Assembly (NCBI GenBank): GCA_963831435.1
Contig: CAWHQK010000082.1
Location: 22,741 to 86,740, forward strand
Origin: an uncultured Acidobacteriota bacterium
Lineage (GTDB): Bacteria > Acidobacteriota > Terriglobia > Terriglobales > Acidobacteriaceae
Length of the DNA: 64,000 nt
Reading direction: 5' to 3'
Of this stretch, positions 17,613 to 27,777 are shown piece after piece. The position numbers and the translations under genes were made by a program. Within the stretch, counting starts at the first letter, position 1; the number at the start of each line of letters is the position of its first letter. Under the pieces are notes generated by a model. The model saw only the letters and a program-made list of their open reading frames with translations. It was not told the origin of the DNA and searched no databases.

Positions 17613-20600
17613 TCAAAATTCAAATTTCAACTGAAGTTGTATTTTCCTGGGGAATAGCAGATAACCTCCCCCGCCTCCAGTCGTAAAGTTCAGGTACTGT
17701 ATTCGTCCAAAGTTTCCGGGGATGATTTGACCAGAACCATTGACATGGTCCGAGTCGTTGGCCCCTAGATCCGCTGGACGATTGAAGATGTGCCGGTTAA
17801 AGGCATTGAGGAAGCTTACCTGCAGAAGCAAGTCTTTCGACTCCGTAATTTTGGTGCGCTTCAACAGATTGAAATCTTCACTCAGATATGGCGCCATTCG
17901 AATTGCCCCATCCACGCGCGGAAGAGTGCCAAAGGCATAGGCTCCGCGGGTCGCCAAGTTGGCTGCGGAATTAGGATCGTCAAATGCCGCGTTTGGCAGA
18001 CCTGAACTGTCTACCGGGTTGAACATACTGTCAGTGACCGGGTTGAAGTGTCCGCTCTTCCAGGCTGAGCTGAGGATCGAGCTTCCGGGCACTTGATCGT
18101 AACGAATGCAACCAGCGAAAGCGGGAACGCCAGTAGCGCAACCAAACGCTATGGGCTGTCCGCTTTCGTAGCGCTGCACGCCGCTAACAGACCATCCGCC
18201 GAGAACTTTGTCAGCGGCTTTGCTGCTTGCCAGGAATCTCTTTCCTTTTCCGACAGGCAATTCGTAGATGTAGCTGATGACTAAGTTCTGCGGCAAATCC
18301 TGGTTACTGATCGCTTTGTCACCGTCTTTATTGAAGACGTTTTGCGGTGCGCCCCCCTGGTGCAAGGTAGCGAAGAATGGCAACGCGGCGTCTGCGTTGG
18401 TCAGCGTCTTCGACCAGGTATAAGATGCCATCAGGTTCAGGCCGTTGTGGAAACGGCGCTGTAAGCTGGCTTCCAAAGCGTTGTAAGTGGATTGTCCAAG
18501 GTTTTCCAGGGCGCCGTCAGTATTGAATCCGAAGTACTGTGGGAACGGAACCAACGCCTGAGCTGCGATTAGATTGCCTGGGAATCCCGCATATGGCGGA
18601 TTTATTCCGGCGGCCGCGGCTTGCGGAGAGCTAATGAGATCAAGCAACGTTGTACCCAAAGAAAAGAACTTCGGGTTCAGCGTATTGACCGCATCGTAGT
18701 TCGAACGCAAGTTCGTGGAATGCTGGCCCACATAGGCAACGTCGAGGATCAAATCGGTTGCCAGTTCATGCTGAACTTCGACGCTCCAGTTCTGGATCAT
18801 CGGCGGACGCCCATACGATGGATCTGTATATTGCGGGCCTTGGAAGTTCAACTGTGAAGGATCCAGATTCGGAGGCGCGGCGAAGGATGGAAGACCAGAG
18901 TCTAGCGGTAACGCCGGGTCGAATCCATTTGGGCTATTGAAAGCGGGATTTGCCTGGAAGCCCGTACGGTTAAACCCACCGAAATCCGCGTATTGCAATC
19001 CGCCGTAGATAATTCCATAACCACCGCGGAATACTGTCTTGCCATGCAACATCGCAGGCGACCAAGCGAGGCCGAGCCGTGGCCCGAAATCCTTGAACCA
19101 GGTATTCGCCCAGCGCTCGTTTACGTTGCCATTACGTCCTGGCCCCTTCCCCGCAAATTCAAGAACTCCAGGTATGTTACCCGCGCCGGGATTTGGCGCA
19201 GTCAGATTGATATTGGAAGTGTCGCCGTTTGCTTCTTTCTGCGGCTGGTCAATATCGTAGCGCATGCCGTAGTTGATGGTTAAGGTTGGCGTGATCTTGA
19301 ATCCGTCCTGGAAGAATCCCGCCCAGTAGCTGCGGGTCCAGCGCGGCTGGCTAGCATAAGAGGACAAATTCACGCTGGTGGGAAGCCCCAAAAGCATGCT
19401 TGCAATGCCATTGCCGCTCAAGTTGGAGGTAGCAGCCGTGCCAGCCGTCGGCCCGTGATCGAAGTTGAAAGTACCGCTAGTATTTTGGAAGTTGAGAGGC
19501 GAGTACTGTTGATACCAATCCTCAAATCCAAATTTGAATTCGTGTTTGCCGTGGACCCAGGTAAATGTGTCGGCAAAACGGAAACCGTTGTCAATCGTGT
19601 CGCCGTCAACATTGTCGCCGAAACCGGTTGCATCAGAGTTTCCGATCTGCGGAAACATTACGCCACTCGTCCCGGTGATTCCCAGTTGCGCATCCCAGTC
19701 CGTACCCTTGCCCAGCTTTACTCCGGCGCCCACGTTTTTACTATTGGTGCGGTTATAGCCGAGGTTTAGGTGGTTAATCATCTCCGGGCTCAGCGTGTAG
19801 TCATATCCGAAGCGGACGAAATGCGTTCCAAAGAACTGATCGCGACCAAAGCCGGCAGGGCCTGCGAATATTGGGTTCGTAGAAATACGAACATTTTCGC
19901 GAGAGTTGTATGTGAAATACGCTTTGCTCTTCTCCGAAATATTCTGATCAATTCGGAACGTGGTGGTTGTATCCAGAATGGGAAAACTGAACGGGAACGT
20001 GAAGTTGTTAATCAGGTTGCCATTTTGCGGCGTGGGATAAAACGAAATAATGTTCTGGCCCACGTTTGAAAATCGGTTTGTGGGAATAACGTTCCCCGTG
20101 CTTCCCGGCTCGTTCATGAACGCGGTGCGACATTCCACGCCGCCGACGGTCTGCGTTGTGTTGGGATCGAAGATTTCCCCCTGGAAAATCGAGGTTCCGT
20201 CACACGGATTAGTACCCAATATGTTGGCTGTATTCAGCTGCGCCGTGAAATCGCCTCCCAGTTCCGCCGCGGTTGGCACGCTGGAAGTTGAAACTCCACC
20301 TTGCGTCTGGCGGTATTGCTCCCAGGAAAAGAAGAAGAAGGTCTTATCTTTTCCGTTGTAAATGTGCGGGATGACGACAGGGCCGCCGAGCGTCAAGCCG
20401 TAATCATTTTGGCGGTCAAGCGGTCGCTGCGCTGCGGCGCGCGCTGATGGAGTCGGATTCTGGGACAAAACATAATTGTTACCCCAGAAGTTGGCATCGA
20501 GATCTTCGTTGCGGAAAAGATCATATGCCACGCCGTGATAAGCGTTGGTGCCTGACTTTGTGTTAAAGCTCTCGATGCCGCCAGTAGTGCGTCCGAATTC

Positions 20601-21332
20601 GGCGGGAAGAGTCGAGGTGATGACCTTGAATTCGCTGAGCGCTTCGACAGAGGGAGCGGTTTCGTCGAACGACGAACCATTTTCCGAACGAGTTGTGCCC
20701 GCGCCATCCAGTAAAACTTCGGTCGCGTAGTTTTGTCCACCGGTGATTTTGGATTCGAAAGTGCCTCCGTTACCGGAATCGGAGCCCGGGCCTACCGCTC
20801 CGGGCGTTAAGAACACAAACGCTTCAGGTGAGCGCATCGCCTGGACCGTGCTGCCGAGGGCGAGTGGAAGATCCAGGGTTTGTTTCTGCGTAATGACGGT
20901 GCCGATGTCTTCACTTTCTGACTGCACGTGAGGAGCATCCGCGTTCACGACAACATTTTCGCTGACCACGCCCGCTTGCAAGTTGATGTCCAGAGCACTG
21001 GTGGTTGCTACCTGCACCAAGACACCTTTCATCTGTATGGTCCGGAACCCATCTGCGGTAGCGGTAAGGTCATATGATCCGATGCTTAGGTTGGGGAAGC
21101 GATAAGAGCCGGCGCTGCTGGAAACTGTTTGATAAGTTGCGCCTGTAGAAACGGCAGTAGCGGTAATTTTCACATTTGGGACAACCGCGCCGGAAGGATC
21201 AAGCACGTTTCCGGCAATCGAACCCTGGTTGGTTTGTGCAACAGCGACACCGAGCATGATTGCCATAACCAGCGCAAGTTGCAACGGACGGACGCCGACA
21301 AAACGCAAACACCCGCGTCTTAAGTGATTCAT
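17613..21332 (-). CDS. TonB-dependent receptor with carboxypeptidase-regulatory-like N-terminal domain (intact, about 1239 aa)
   Basis: An ATG at 21332 preceded by GAGGGAG gives a signal peptide ending VAVAQ. CarboxypepD_reg-like segment: GSIAGNVLDPSGAVVPNVKITA...YRFPNLSIGSYDL. The plug and barrel follow, and the canonical terminus is RKIQLQLKFEF. Confidence 0.9.
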   Translation of the reverse strand: MNHLRRGCLRFVGVRPLQLALVMAIMLGVAVAQTNQGSIAGNVLDPSGAVVPNVKITATAVSTGATYQTVSSSAGSYRFPNLSIGSYDLTATADGFRTIQMKGVLVQVATTSALDINLQAGVVSENVVVNADAPHVQSESEDIGTVITQKQTLDLPLALGSTVQAMRSPEAFVFLTPGAVGPGSDSGNGGTFESKITGGQNYATEVLLDGAGTTRSENGSSFDETAPSVEALSEFKVITSTLPAEFGRTTGGIESFNTKSGTNAYHGVAYDLFRNEDLDANFWGNNYVLSQNPTPSARAAAQRPLDRQNDYGLTLGGPVVIPHIYNGKDKTFFFFSWEQYRQTQGGVSTSSVPTAAELGGDFTAQLNTANILGTNPCDGTSIFQGEIFDPNTTQTVGGVECRTAFMNEPGSTGNVIPTNRFSNVGQNIISFYPTPQNGNLINNFTFPFSFPILDTTTTFRIDQNISEKSKAYFTYNSRENVRISTNPIFAGPAGFGRDQFFGTHFVRFGYDYTLSPEMINHLNLGYNRTNSKNVGAGVKLGKGTDWDAQLGITGTSGVMFPQIGNSDATGFGDNVDGDTIDNGFRFADTFTWVHGKHEFKFGFEDWYQQYSPLNFQNTSGTFNFDHGPTAGTAATSNLSGNGIASMLLGLPTSVNLSSYASQPRWTRSYWAGFFQDGFKITPTLTINYGMRYDIDQPQKEANGDTSNINLTAPNPGAGNIPGVLEFAGKGPGRNGNVNERWANTWFKDFGPRLGLAWSPAMLHGKTVFRGGYGIIYGGLQYADFGGFNRTGFQANPAFNSPNGFDPALPLDSGLPSFAAPPNLDPSQLNFQGPQYTDPSYGRPPMIQNWSVEVQHELATDLILDVAYVGQHSTNLRSNYDAVNTLNPKFFSLGTTLLDLISSPQAAAAGINPPYAGFPGNLIAAQALVPFPQYFGFNTDGALENLGQSTYNALEASLQRRFHNGLNLMASYTWSKTLTNADAALPFFATLHQGGAPQNVFNKDGDKAISNQDLPQNLVISYIYELPVGKGKRFLASSKAADKVLGGWSVSGVQRYESGQPIAFGCATGVPAFAGCIRYDQVPGSSILSSAWKSGHFNPVTDSMFNPVDSSGLPNAAFDDPNSAANLATRGAYAFGTLPRVDGAIRMAPYLSEDFNLLKRTKITESKDLLLQVSFLNAFNRHIFNRPADLGANDSDHVNGSGQIIPGNFGRIQYLNFTTGGGGGYLLFPRKIQLQLKFEF

Positions 21333-21453
21333 GCTAGCTCCCTCACTCTCAAAATGGAATAGAGCAGCCATTACTTGGACTGTCTCAATACTGCGAATTC
21401 TGGCCCAATCTGCTTCCGGCGCAAACCTTGGCAAACCGGCCGATTCATCCAAA

Positions 21454-21487
21454 AGAAAACGTTTTCTTTCTTTAGCAAACGTTTTCT
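21454..21487. promoter_or_regulatory. two tandem LacI/PurR-type operator palindromes upstream of the TBDR
   Basis: AGAAAACGTTTTCT (21454-21467) is a perfect 14-nt palindrome. AGCAAACGTTTTCT (21474-21487) has one mismatch. The centres are 20 bp apart, about 120-155 nt upstream of the TBDR start. Confidence 0.55.
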
Positions 21488-21600
21488 TTGTTGCTTCTAC
21501 AGCGCTCCCCGCACTGTACGCCGCTTGCTGCTTCTTCTTCTACTTGCTACGACAGCTTCCTATTTTCGACTTTCTATTGCGCCCTGCCAAAACAACGCCG

Positions 21601-22803
21601 CTACTGCGTTGTATTTTGCATTTGACTGGATCTTTTCAACTTGTCCTGGAGTCTCTGCGCTTGCTCCGCGTCAGCCTGCTGTTTGAGACGCATGAAGGAG
21701 TTCAAAGCTGCGCGAGATTCTTCAGGATGTTGTGTTCGCCGGTACAATTGCGCCAATTGATAATAAGACTGACGCAAAGTCTCGGTGTCATTCTGGCTCG
21801 AATCGGACACTGCCGCCTGGAAGCTGTTGATCGCAGTCTCAGCATTTCCCATTTGCGCCTGCGCGCGCCCTAACTGATAGTGAGCATCTGGCGAGTGAGG
21901 CTCCTGTCGAAGCACCTCTGCCAATAACTGGACCGCGACTTCGGGCTTGGAGCGCTCGATACTCACAACTGAGAGTTTGTACATGGCAGTCACATTTTCC
22001 GGATCCTGTTTCAGTTCGTTCTGAAATTCGGTTTCGGCCTTGTCGAGCTGGTTTTGTTTCCAGTAGATATCCGCCAATTCTTCGTGCAGGCCGGGCTCAT
22101 CGGGTTTTAGCCGAATCGCCTCCTCACACTCGTTAATTGCATCACCGTAGCGTTCAGCATCAGTAAAAGACTGCGCCAACACTTCATGGACTCGCCACGA
22201 ATTCGGCTCGACTTTGTACATCTGCTCGTAACTGTCTTTCGAGATCAGCATGTGCGCGCGGCCGCGATGGTAAAGGATATCCACATCATTGGGCTTTAAC
22301 TTTGCCGCTTTGTCCAGACTCTCACCGGCATCGTCCACCTTACCCGCCGCCAGTTGCGCCACGCCGAGCCACATGTAAGCGTTTGCATTTTTGGAGTCAG
22401 AAAGTGTTTCTTTTTTCAGCAAACTTATCGCTCCCGCATAGTCGTTTCTTCGATAATTGGCGATGCCGGCGAACATATTTGCGCCGCGCAATCCGGGCCG
22501 CAACTTCAATGCATGTTCAAGCGACTGAGAGGCTTCGCCCCATTGCTTCTGCTGCAATCGAACCAGCCCAAGATTGAAATACGTCTCGGCGAAATTCGGG
22601 CGCAATTTGGCCGCCTGTGTAAACGATTGCGCGGCATCATCCCAATGCCCAGCCTGCATCGCCTGGACCCCTTGACGAAACGTTCGTTCAAAAACCGTTT
22701 CCTGGCCGGAGACCGAAACTGCTAAAAATCCGCACAATAAAATCGCTATTCCGGAGAAAAGGCTCAAGCGCCGAAAACACAATTGCATTCGCCTGCTCCA
22801 CAA
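21601..22803 (-). CDS. secreted TPR-repeat protein
   Basis: Signal/TM segment LFSGIAILLCGFLAVSVSG, followed by about 9 TPR-like 34-aa units (for example AETYFNLGLVRLQQKQWGEASQSLEHALKLRP). Confidence 0.85.
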   Translation of the reverse strand: MWSRRMQLCFRRLSLFSGIAILLCGFLAVSVSGQETVFERTFRQGVQAMQAGHWDDAAQSFTQAAKLRPNFAETYFNLGLVRLQQKQWGEASQSLEHALKLRPGLRGANMFAGIANYRRNDYAGAISLLKKETLSDSKNANAYMWLGVAQLAAGKVDDAGESLDKAAKLKPNDVDILYHRGRAHMLISKDSYEQMYKVEPNSWRVHEVLAQSFTDAERYGDAINECEEAIRLKPDEPGLHEELADIYWKQNQLDKAETEFQNELKQDPENVTAMYKLSVVSIERSKPEVAVQLLAEVLRQEPHSPDAHYQLGRAQAQMGNAETAINSFQAAVSDSSQNDTETLRQSYYQLAQLYRRTQHPEESRAALNSFMRLKQQADAEQAQRLQDKLKRSSQMQNTTQ

Positions 22804-23001
22804 GAATATCGGAAGGAATGTACTATCCCGAAAAGTGCATTGTCAAGCAAGTTCTGAGGCTTCCGCATCGTTTTGAGTAATCGTTTTCTCGATTTTAATT
22901 TTGGATAAAGTATTCAATTTGCGGAATATATCTTGGAACGCGGCCCTCCACACGAACAATCAAGTAACCGCTTAACGAGCAATCGTTTGGGACACGGGCG
23001 A

Positions 23002-24852
23002 TCAGGGCCGATTCCCTGAAACGGGGTCCTTACCCTCTTCGATCATAAAGTAACGATCGATTGCGGGCAGCGTCAGGTTTTGTACACTCCCGCTCGGCCA
23101 ACGGATTTCGACTTTGTCCACTTTAACAGTATCGCCCAATCCAAAGTGCACTCGCGGGTCGTTACACGAGGCGAAACTTCCCCCGCTCAGAACATCAGCC
23201 CGCTGCTTGATGCCCCCGGCAGTTAAATAGACGGTCGCTCCGACTGCATCCTTTGGACTTTTTGGGCCCCCGATCAGTTTAAGTCCCACCCAGTGGTTCT
23301 TGTCGCCGTTGACGTTGCGCAGCAGGGCAGGCGACCGGTCCAACTGGTTTATGACGACGTCAATTTTCCCGTCATTGAACAAATCACCAAATGCAGCGCC
23401 GCGCGCGGTAAACACCTCCGCCAGTCCTGTTCCCGTCACCGCAGGCATTACTTCAAATTTCTTGCCGCCAAGGTTGTGAAATACCACGGGGCGTTGCGCG
23501 TAGGTGGTGCCCCATCCTCTGTTGTCCACCTGCGGATAAACATGGCCATTGGCCACGAACAAATCCTTCCAGCCGTCATTGTCAAAATCCAAGAAGCCCG
23601 TGCCCCATCCAAGAAACGGGATGGTGACTTCCGCAACCCCCGCCTGATAGCTAATCTCTGTGAAGTTTGCGTCCCCATCGTTGCGGTAGAGCGGATTGTA
23701 GTCATCAGAAAAAACAGTGTTATAGAGATCAAGCCAGCCATTGTTGAGATAATCTCCCACGGCAATTCCCATGGATGCAGTTTCGCGCCCATCTTCATTC
23801 AAGGCATAGCCAGAGGCGTAGCTCGCGTCTTCGAAAGTCCCGTTCCCCTTATTGATGTACAAATAATTCGGCGTAGAATCGTCGGCGACGATCAAGTCGG
23901 GCCGGCCATCGTTGTTCAAATCGGCAAATACCGCGGTCAATCCGTAATACGCATTGGCGTCTGCAACGCCAGCTTTTTCGCTCACATCGGTAAAAGTGCC
24001 GTCGCCATTGTTGTGGAACAAGTGATCACGCTCGCCCTGCAACCCTCGAGGACCGCACATAACATTGATGCCGCGAAATTCGCAGGTGGCAAACTTCACC
24101 GATGCCGATCCCGGGTTTGGAGGGTGGTCCAGATCAAAGTGCACATAACCGGGCACAAAAAGATCTAGCCGGCCATCGCCGTCGTAGTCGCCGAATGTGG
24201 GCCCGGTGGACCAGGCACCTACGGTGACTCCAGCCTTTTCCGCAACGTCGGTAAAAGTCCCGTCGTGATTATTGTGGTAAAGGCGGTTCTTGCCATAGTT
24301 GCTCACATAAATATCAGGCCAACCGTCGTTGTCGTAGTCGCCGATGGCAACGCCGAATCCCCAACGATCGTTTGTGACCCCAGCTTTCGCTGCAACGTCC
24401 GTGAACGTGCCGTCGTGATTGTTATGAAAGAGAGCAGCGCGAGGGGAAGTAGCTTTTCCAGTCAGTGCGTCAAACGTCGATCCGTTGACAAGATAAATAT
24501 CCAGCCAGCCGTCATTGTCGTAGTCGAGGAGTGCAACGCCGGAGCCGACTGTTTCCAGAATGAATTTTTTTTCCGGAGAACCCGAAATGTGGTGCCACTT
24601 ACTGAGGCCTGCTTTTCCCGCGATATCCTGAAAAACAATTGGACCCGACTCCACAAACCCGCCGGCGGTAATAGGGCGCTTCTGTGTATCCAATACCGGG
24701 GCATACACGCCTCCCGTGGAGACGGCCCCCGCCTGTGGCGCTTGCTGAGGCTTCAGTTCCGCTGGCACCGATTGCGCAATCGCAATCGCAGAAGACAAGA
24801 ACAACCCGAAAAAGAACGACCCGAAAAGAACACAGTGCGCGAGTTTACGCAT
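23002..24852 (-). CDS. CRTAC1-family protein (FG-GAP/VCBS repeats + ASPIC/UnbV C-terminal domain)
   Basis: Sec signal peptide. Repeated units DYDNDGWLDIYLVN, DYDNDGWPDIYVSN, LFHNNHDGTFTDVA. C-terminal module: NHWVGLKLIGGPKSPKDAVGATV...DPRVHFGLG...VEIRWPSG. Confidence 0.88.
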   Translation of the reverse strand: MRKLAHCVLFGSFFFGLFLSSAIAIAQSVPAELKPQQAPQAGAVSTGGVYAPVLDTQKRPITAGGFVESGPIVFQDIAGKAGLSKWHHISGSPEKKFILETVGSGVALLDYDNDGWLDIYLVNGSTFDALTGKATSPRAALFHNNHDGTFTDVAAKAGVTNDRWGFGVAIGDYDNDGWPDIYVSNYGKNRLYHNNHDGTFTDVAEKAGVTVGAWSTGPTFGDYDGDGRLDLFVPGYVHFDLDHPPNPGSASVKFATCEFRGINVMCGPRGLQGERDHLFHNNGDGTFTDVSEKAGVADANAYYGLTAVFADLNNDGRPDLIVADDSTPNYLYINKGNGTFEDASYASGYALNEDGRETASMGIAVGDYLNNGWLDLYNTVFSDDYNPLYRNDGDANFTEISYQAGVAEVTIPFLGWGTGFLDFDNDGWKDLFVANGHVYPQVDNRGWGTTYAQRPVVFHNLGGKKFEVMPAVTGTGLAEVFTARGAAFGDLFNDGKIDVVINQLDRSPALLRNVNGDKNHWVGLKLIGGPKSPKDAVGATVYLTAGGIKQRADVLSGGSFASCNDPRVHFGLGDTVKVDKVEIRWPSGSVQNLTLPAIDRYFMIEEGKDPVSGNRP

Positions 24853-24871
24853 TAAGCATTTATACCAGCGA

Positions 24872-25987
24872 TTAAGAAGAACGACGCGGAGCCAACGCCT
24901 TAATAAGATCAGTTTCTTTCACGTTATAAGGCGTTCCGTCCTTACGGAAGATGTCGTGAAACCACAGAGGCGGTTCCGCGGTGTATTTCTTTGTCCATGA
25001 GTCCCATGGATAAATGGTTTGCGATTTTCCGCTGACGAACCCCCAGTTGTAGGCGCCAACATGTTCTTTTTTCAGTAATGGAAGAATGGACTGGAAGGTG
25101 CTTCCTCTCGGCCGGGCCATATACTCGGTGCAAATCAGCGGGCGTTTGAATCGCCGCAACATGTCAATTCGTTTTTGCATCTCTTGCGGAGGATCATAGT
25201 CGTGGAAGGTGATCACGTCGGAATTGTGCAGCTGAAAGCGGGCCATGTCACTCAGCGTTGCATCGCTCGTCCAATCACCTTGCCAAACCCCGCTGGTCAA
25301 AGGCTGGGTAGGCCTCGCCGCGCGGGCCCATTGCCACTCCAGCTTCAGCAGTTTTAGAGCGACTTCCGCTTTGTTGGGAACTTCACCATTTTTTTTGGAA
25401 TTATCATTGTCCGGCTCATTCATCAGGTCCCACATGAGGACGCGATGGTCATTGGCCAGGTGTCCGATGACGCCCATGATGTAAGGCTTCAGCAGCGTGT
25501 TCCATGAAGCGGGATCTTTCAAAATGGTGGCGCCCGGAGCCTGCACCCAGCGTGAATTGTGCACGTGAGGAATTGGATCGGGTTGTTTGCCGGGTTTGGG
25601 ATTTGGGTCCCATACAGAATCGAGCAGAACAAATGTAATGCGAATGTGGTGCTTGTCGGCAACATCCAAAAACTGGTCAATGCGATGTAAAAATCCCTGC
25701 GAGTCCTCCTGCCAGGGGATATTGTGCAGAAACACTCGCATGGAATTCATGCCCAATCCCTGCGCCCAGCCCAGTTCGCGATCAATGGTTGGCAGATCGA
25801 AGGTGTCGGCCTGCCACATTTCCAACTCGTTCACGGCCGTGCTCGGGATAAAGTTGCTTCCCAGCGGCCACGCCTGCTTTGCATACCATTCATTGGCTTG
25901 TTCCACCGACCACTGTTGTGCATGCGCGGCGGAAGCAAAACTAACGGCCAGAAACAGCAGGAAAAGAACTATCCATCGTGATCGCAT
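24872..25987 (-). CDS. secreted clan GH-A glycoside hydrolase (GH5-like TIM barrel)
   Basis: Signal peptide ending AAHAQ. Acid/base motif MWDLMNEPDN and candidate nucleophile motif LICTEYM. The family subtype was not resolved. Confidence 0.6.
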   Translation of the reverse strand: MRSRWIVLFLLFLAVSFASAAHAQQWSVEQANEWYAKQAWPLGSNFIPSTAVNELEMWQADTFDLPTIDRELGWAQGLGMNSMRVFLHNIPWQEDSQGFLHRIDQFLDVADKHHIRITFVLLDSVWDPNPKPGKQPDPIPHVHNSRWVQAPGATILKDPASWNTLLKPYIMGVIGHLANDHRVLMWDLMNEPDNDNSKKNGEVPNKAEVALKLLKLEWQWARAARPTQPLTSGVWQGDWTSDATLSDMARFQLHNSDVITFHDYDPPQEMQKRIDMLRRFKRPLICTEYMARPRGSTFQSILPLLKKEHVGAYNWGFVSGKSQTIYPWDSWTKKYTAEPPLWFHDIFRKDGTPYNVKETDLIKALAPRRSS

Positions 25988-26006
25988 GTGCTAAGCTCCC
26001 CGTCCA

Positions 26007-27692
26007 TTATGCCAGCGCCAACTCCAACTTTGTTATCGAAGCTGCTGGAAATTGGAAGTTGAGCATTCCATTTTTCGCCTCGGCGGTCACACTCTTCGCT
26101 GTAACGACGTTCCGCTCTGCAAAGGTGTTGTGCGCATGGATGTCCGAATTCGTAAGAACGGTCGCGGTGGCCGACTGGATTCTTGCGCCTCGGATCCCAA
26201 TTTCCGCCTCGCGCGGGTCGCTCACGTGCGGGTTCACTACCGTAAGAACAAGGTTCTTATCACGAAGCGATGCTGAGCCTTTCAGTCCCCAGAACGACGC
26301 AGGCTTGCCGTCGCGCTCGTAACTGACATTGGGAGCGGAGAACTCTGTTCGAAGTGCCTCTCCGCCCTGATGAGCGACATACATGGCGAATACATGGCCC
26401 ACGGGGGTCACGCAAAATTTGTCTTCGTGAGCGAGGTATAAGCTATTCAGACAGTTGATCAATTGCGCGCACGCCGCCATGGCAACTTTTTCAGGATTCC
26501 GGTTGAAGATGTCGAGCGTCATGCCGCTGAAGATCGCATCGCGCAAAGTGGACATCTGTTCCAGTTGGTCTGTCGGCGTTAATTCGCTGCCGGGGCGGTA
26601 CCAGGGGCCCCACTCATCCACAATGAGCTTTACAAGATGTTGTGGGTCCTGTTCGCCCATGATCTGCCAGTGACCATCAATCAAACCTTGCATCCGGTCG
26701 CCTTCGCGCAATAACTCATACCAATCCACCGCTTCAAAATTGAGCGCGTCACCTTTACCCGCCATCCAGTCCTCAGTTCGCCCGCGACTCAGGTTCCAGG
26801 CATAGTGATGCAGGGCCCAGCCATACACGCCCAACACGCCGCGACGTTCTCCATGGGCCATCTCCTCGAAAAAGCCGCGCGTCCACTCCCAGTTGTCCAC
26901 GTTCGGACCGGAAGCAATAAACGCCAATTTTTGATGGTATTCCGGCACCCAGGTTGTGAACCTTCGAAATTCGCTGGCGTACTGCTGCGGCGTGAAATTT
27001 CCACCGCATCCCCAGGATTCATTCCCCACGCCCCAGAATCGCACGTTAAAAGGTTCGGGATATCCTGCCGCAGCGCGTATATCGGCGAGCGTAGTGCTTC
27101 CACCGGGAGAGTTGCAATACTCGACCCACCGGTAGAATTGTTCAGCTGGCAGACTGCGCAGATTCGCGGCAAGGTATGGCTGGGCGCCAATCAGTTTGCA
27201 GAAGTTCGCGAATTCATTCGTGCCGAACTCGTTCGGGTCATATTTGTGGCTTGCAGGCGCGTCAGGCCTTTCACCGTCGGCCCAGAAATTTGTCCGCCGC
27301 GGGCGCTTATTTCGCGGCCCAATTCCGTCGCGCCAGTCATAGCTGTCCGCAAAACATCCTCCGGGGAAACGGACGACTGGAGGCTTGATTTTGCGCATTT
27401 CCTCCACCAGTTCTTTGCGGATGCCATTGATATTGGGAATTTTAGAACTTTCGCCAACCCAGATTCCGTCGTAAACCACGCCGCTCAAATTTTCCGTGAA
27501 ATGGCCATAAATCGCAGGCGAGATCGTTCCCAGTGGTTCATCAAGAAGGACTTCGATCCGTGAATTATTGCCTGTGGGGTTAGCCATCGCGAAGGGCGAG
27601 GTTTTGCTGAAGAGCATGGCGCCGGCAGCGGCGGCTAGCCCGGTTTCTAAAAATTGGCGGCGCTTGATCATCATAAAAATATTTTGTCTCAA
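26007..27692 (-). CDS. abfA: alpha-L-arabinofuranosidase, GH51, Tat-type signal (start probably ATG at 27674 or 27671)
   Basis: Twin-arginine motif KRRQFLETGLAAAAGA. GH51 motifs VRFPGGCFADSYDWRDGIGP and RFWGVGNESWGCGG. Confidence 0.88.
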   Translation of the reverse strand: MRQNIFMMIKRRQFLETGLAAAAGAMLFSKTSPFAMANPTGNNSRIEVLLDEPLGTISPAIYGHFTENLSGVVYDGIWVGESSKIPNINGIRKELVEEMRKIKPPVVRFPGGCFADSYDWRDGIGPRNKRPRRTNFWADGERPDAPASHKYDPNEFGTNEFANFCKLIGAQPYLAANLRSLPAEQFYRWVEYCNSPGGSTTLADIRAAAGYPEPFNVRFWGVGNESWGCGGNFTPQQYASEFRRFTTWVPEYHQKLAFIASGPNVDNWEWTRGFFEEMAHGERRGVLGVYGWALHHYAWNLSRGRTEDWMAGKGDALNFEAVDWYELLREGDRMQGLIDGHWQIMGEQDPQHLVKLIVDEWGPWYRPGSELTPTDQLEQMSTLRDAIFSGMTLDIFNRNPEKVAMAACAQLINCLNSLYLAHEDKFCVTPVGHVFAMYVAHQGGEALRTEFSAPNVSYERDGKPASFWGLKGSASLRDKNLVLTVVNPHVSDPREAEIGIRGARIQSATATVLTNSDIHAHNTFAERNVVTAKSVTAEAKNGMLNFQFPAASITKLELALA

Positions 27693-27712
27693 TCAGGATT
27701 GAGACGAACATC

Positions 27713-27724
27713 GTAAACGTTTAC
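27713..27724. promoter_or_regulatory. LacI-type operator palindrome in the divergent GH51 / CRTAC1-fusion promoter region
   Basis: GTAAACGTTTAC is a perfect 12-nt palindrome with a central CG. It lies 21 nt from the longest GH51 start and 54 nt from the 27778 start. Confidence 0.5.
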
Positions 27725-27777
27725 TAAAGTGCAATGCTATACTTTTTTCGCTCGTCATTTCTCGGCAGGCCGTCGTT

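Noticed and set aside
17495-17623. N-terminal extension of the SCO-like ORF back to 17623
   Set aside because: The extension would run through the strong terminator hairpin and T-run of the upstream TBDR. The GTG at 17494 has an AGGAGG site and yields a proper signal peptide.
21333-21452. 40-aa N-terminal extension of the first TBDR
   Set aside because: The internal ATG at 21332 has a GAGGGAG site and yields a canonical signal peptide. The extension has no signal-like features.
23293-24855. 291-aa and 196-aa plus-strand ORFs opposite the CRTAC1 gene
   Set aside because: These are shadow ORFs. Antisense strands of FG-GAP repeat DNA stay open by codon bias. Similar shadows were also rejected at 36239-37141, 38795-39733, 49287-50174, 58781-59623 and 61713-62653.
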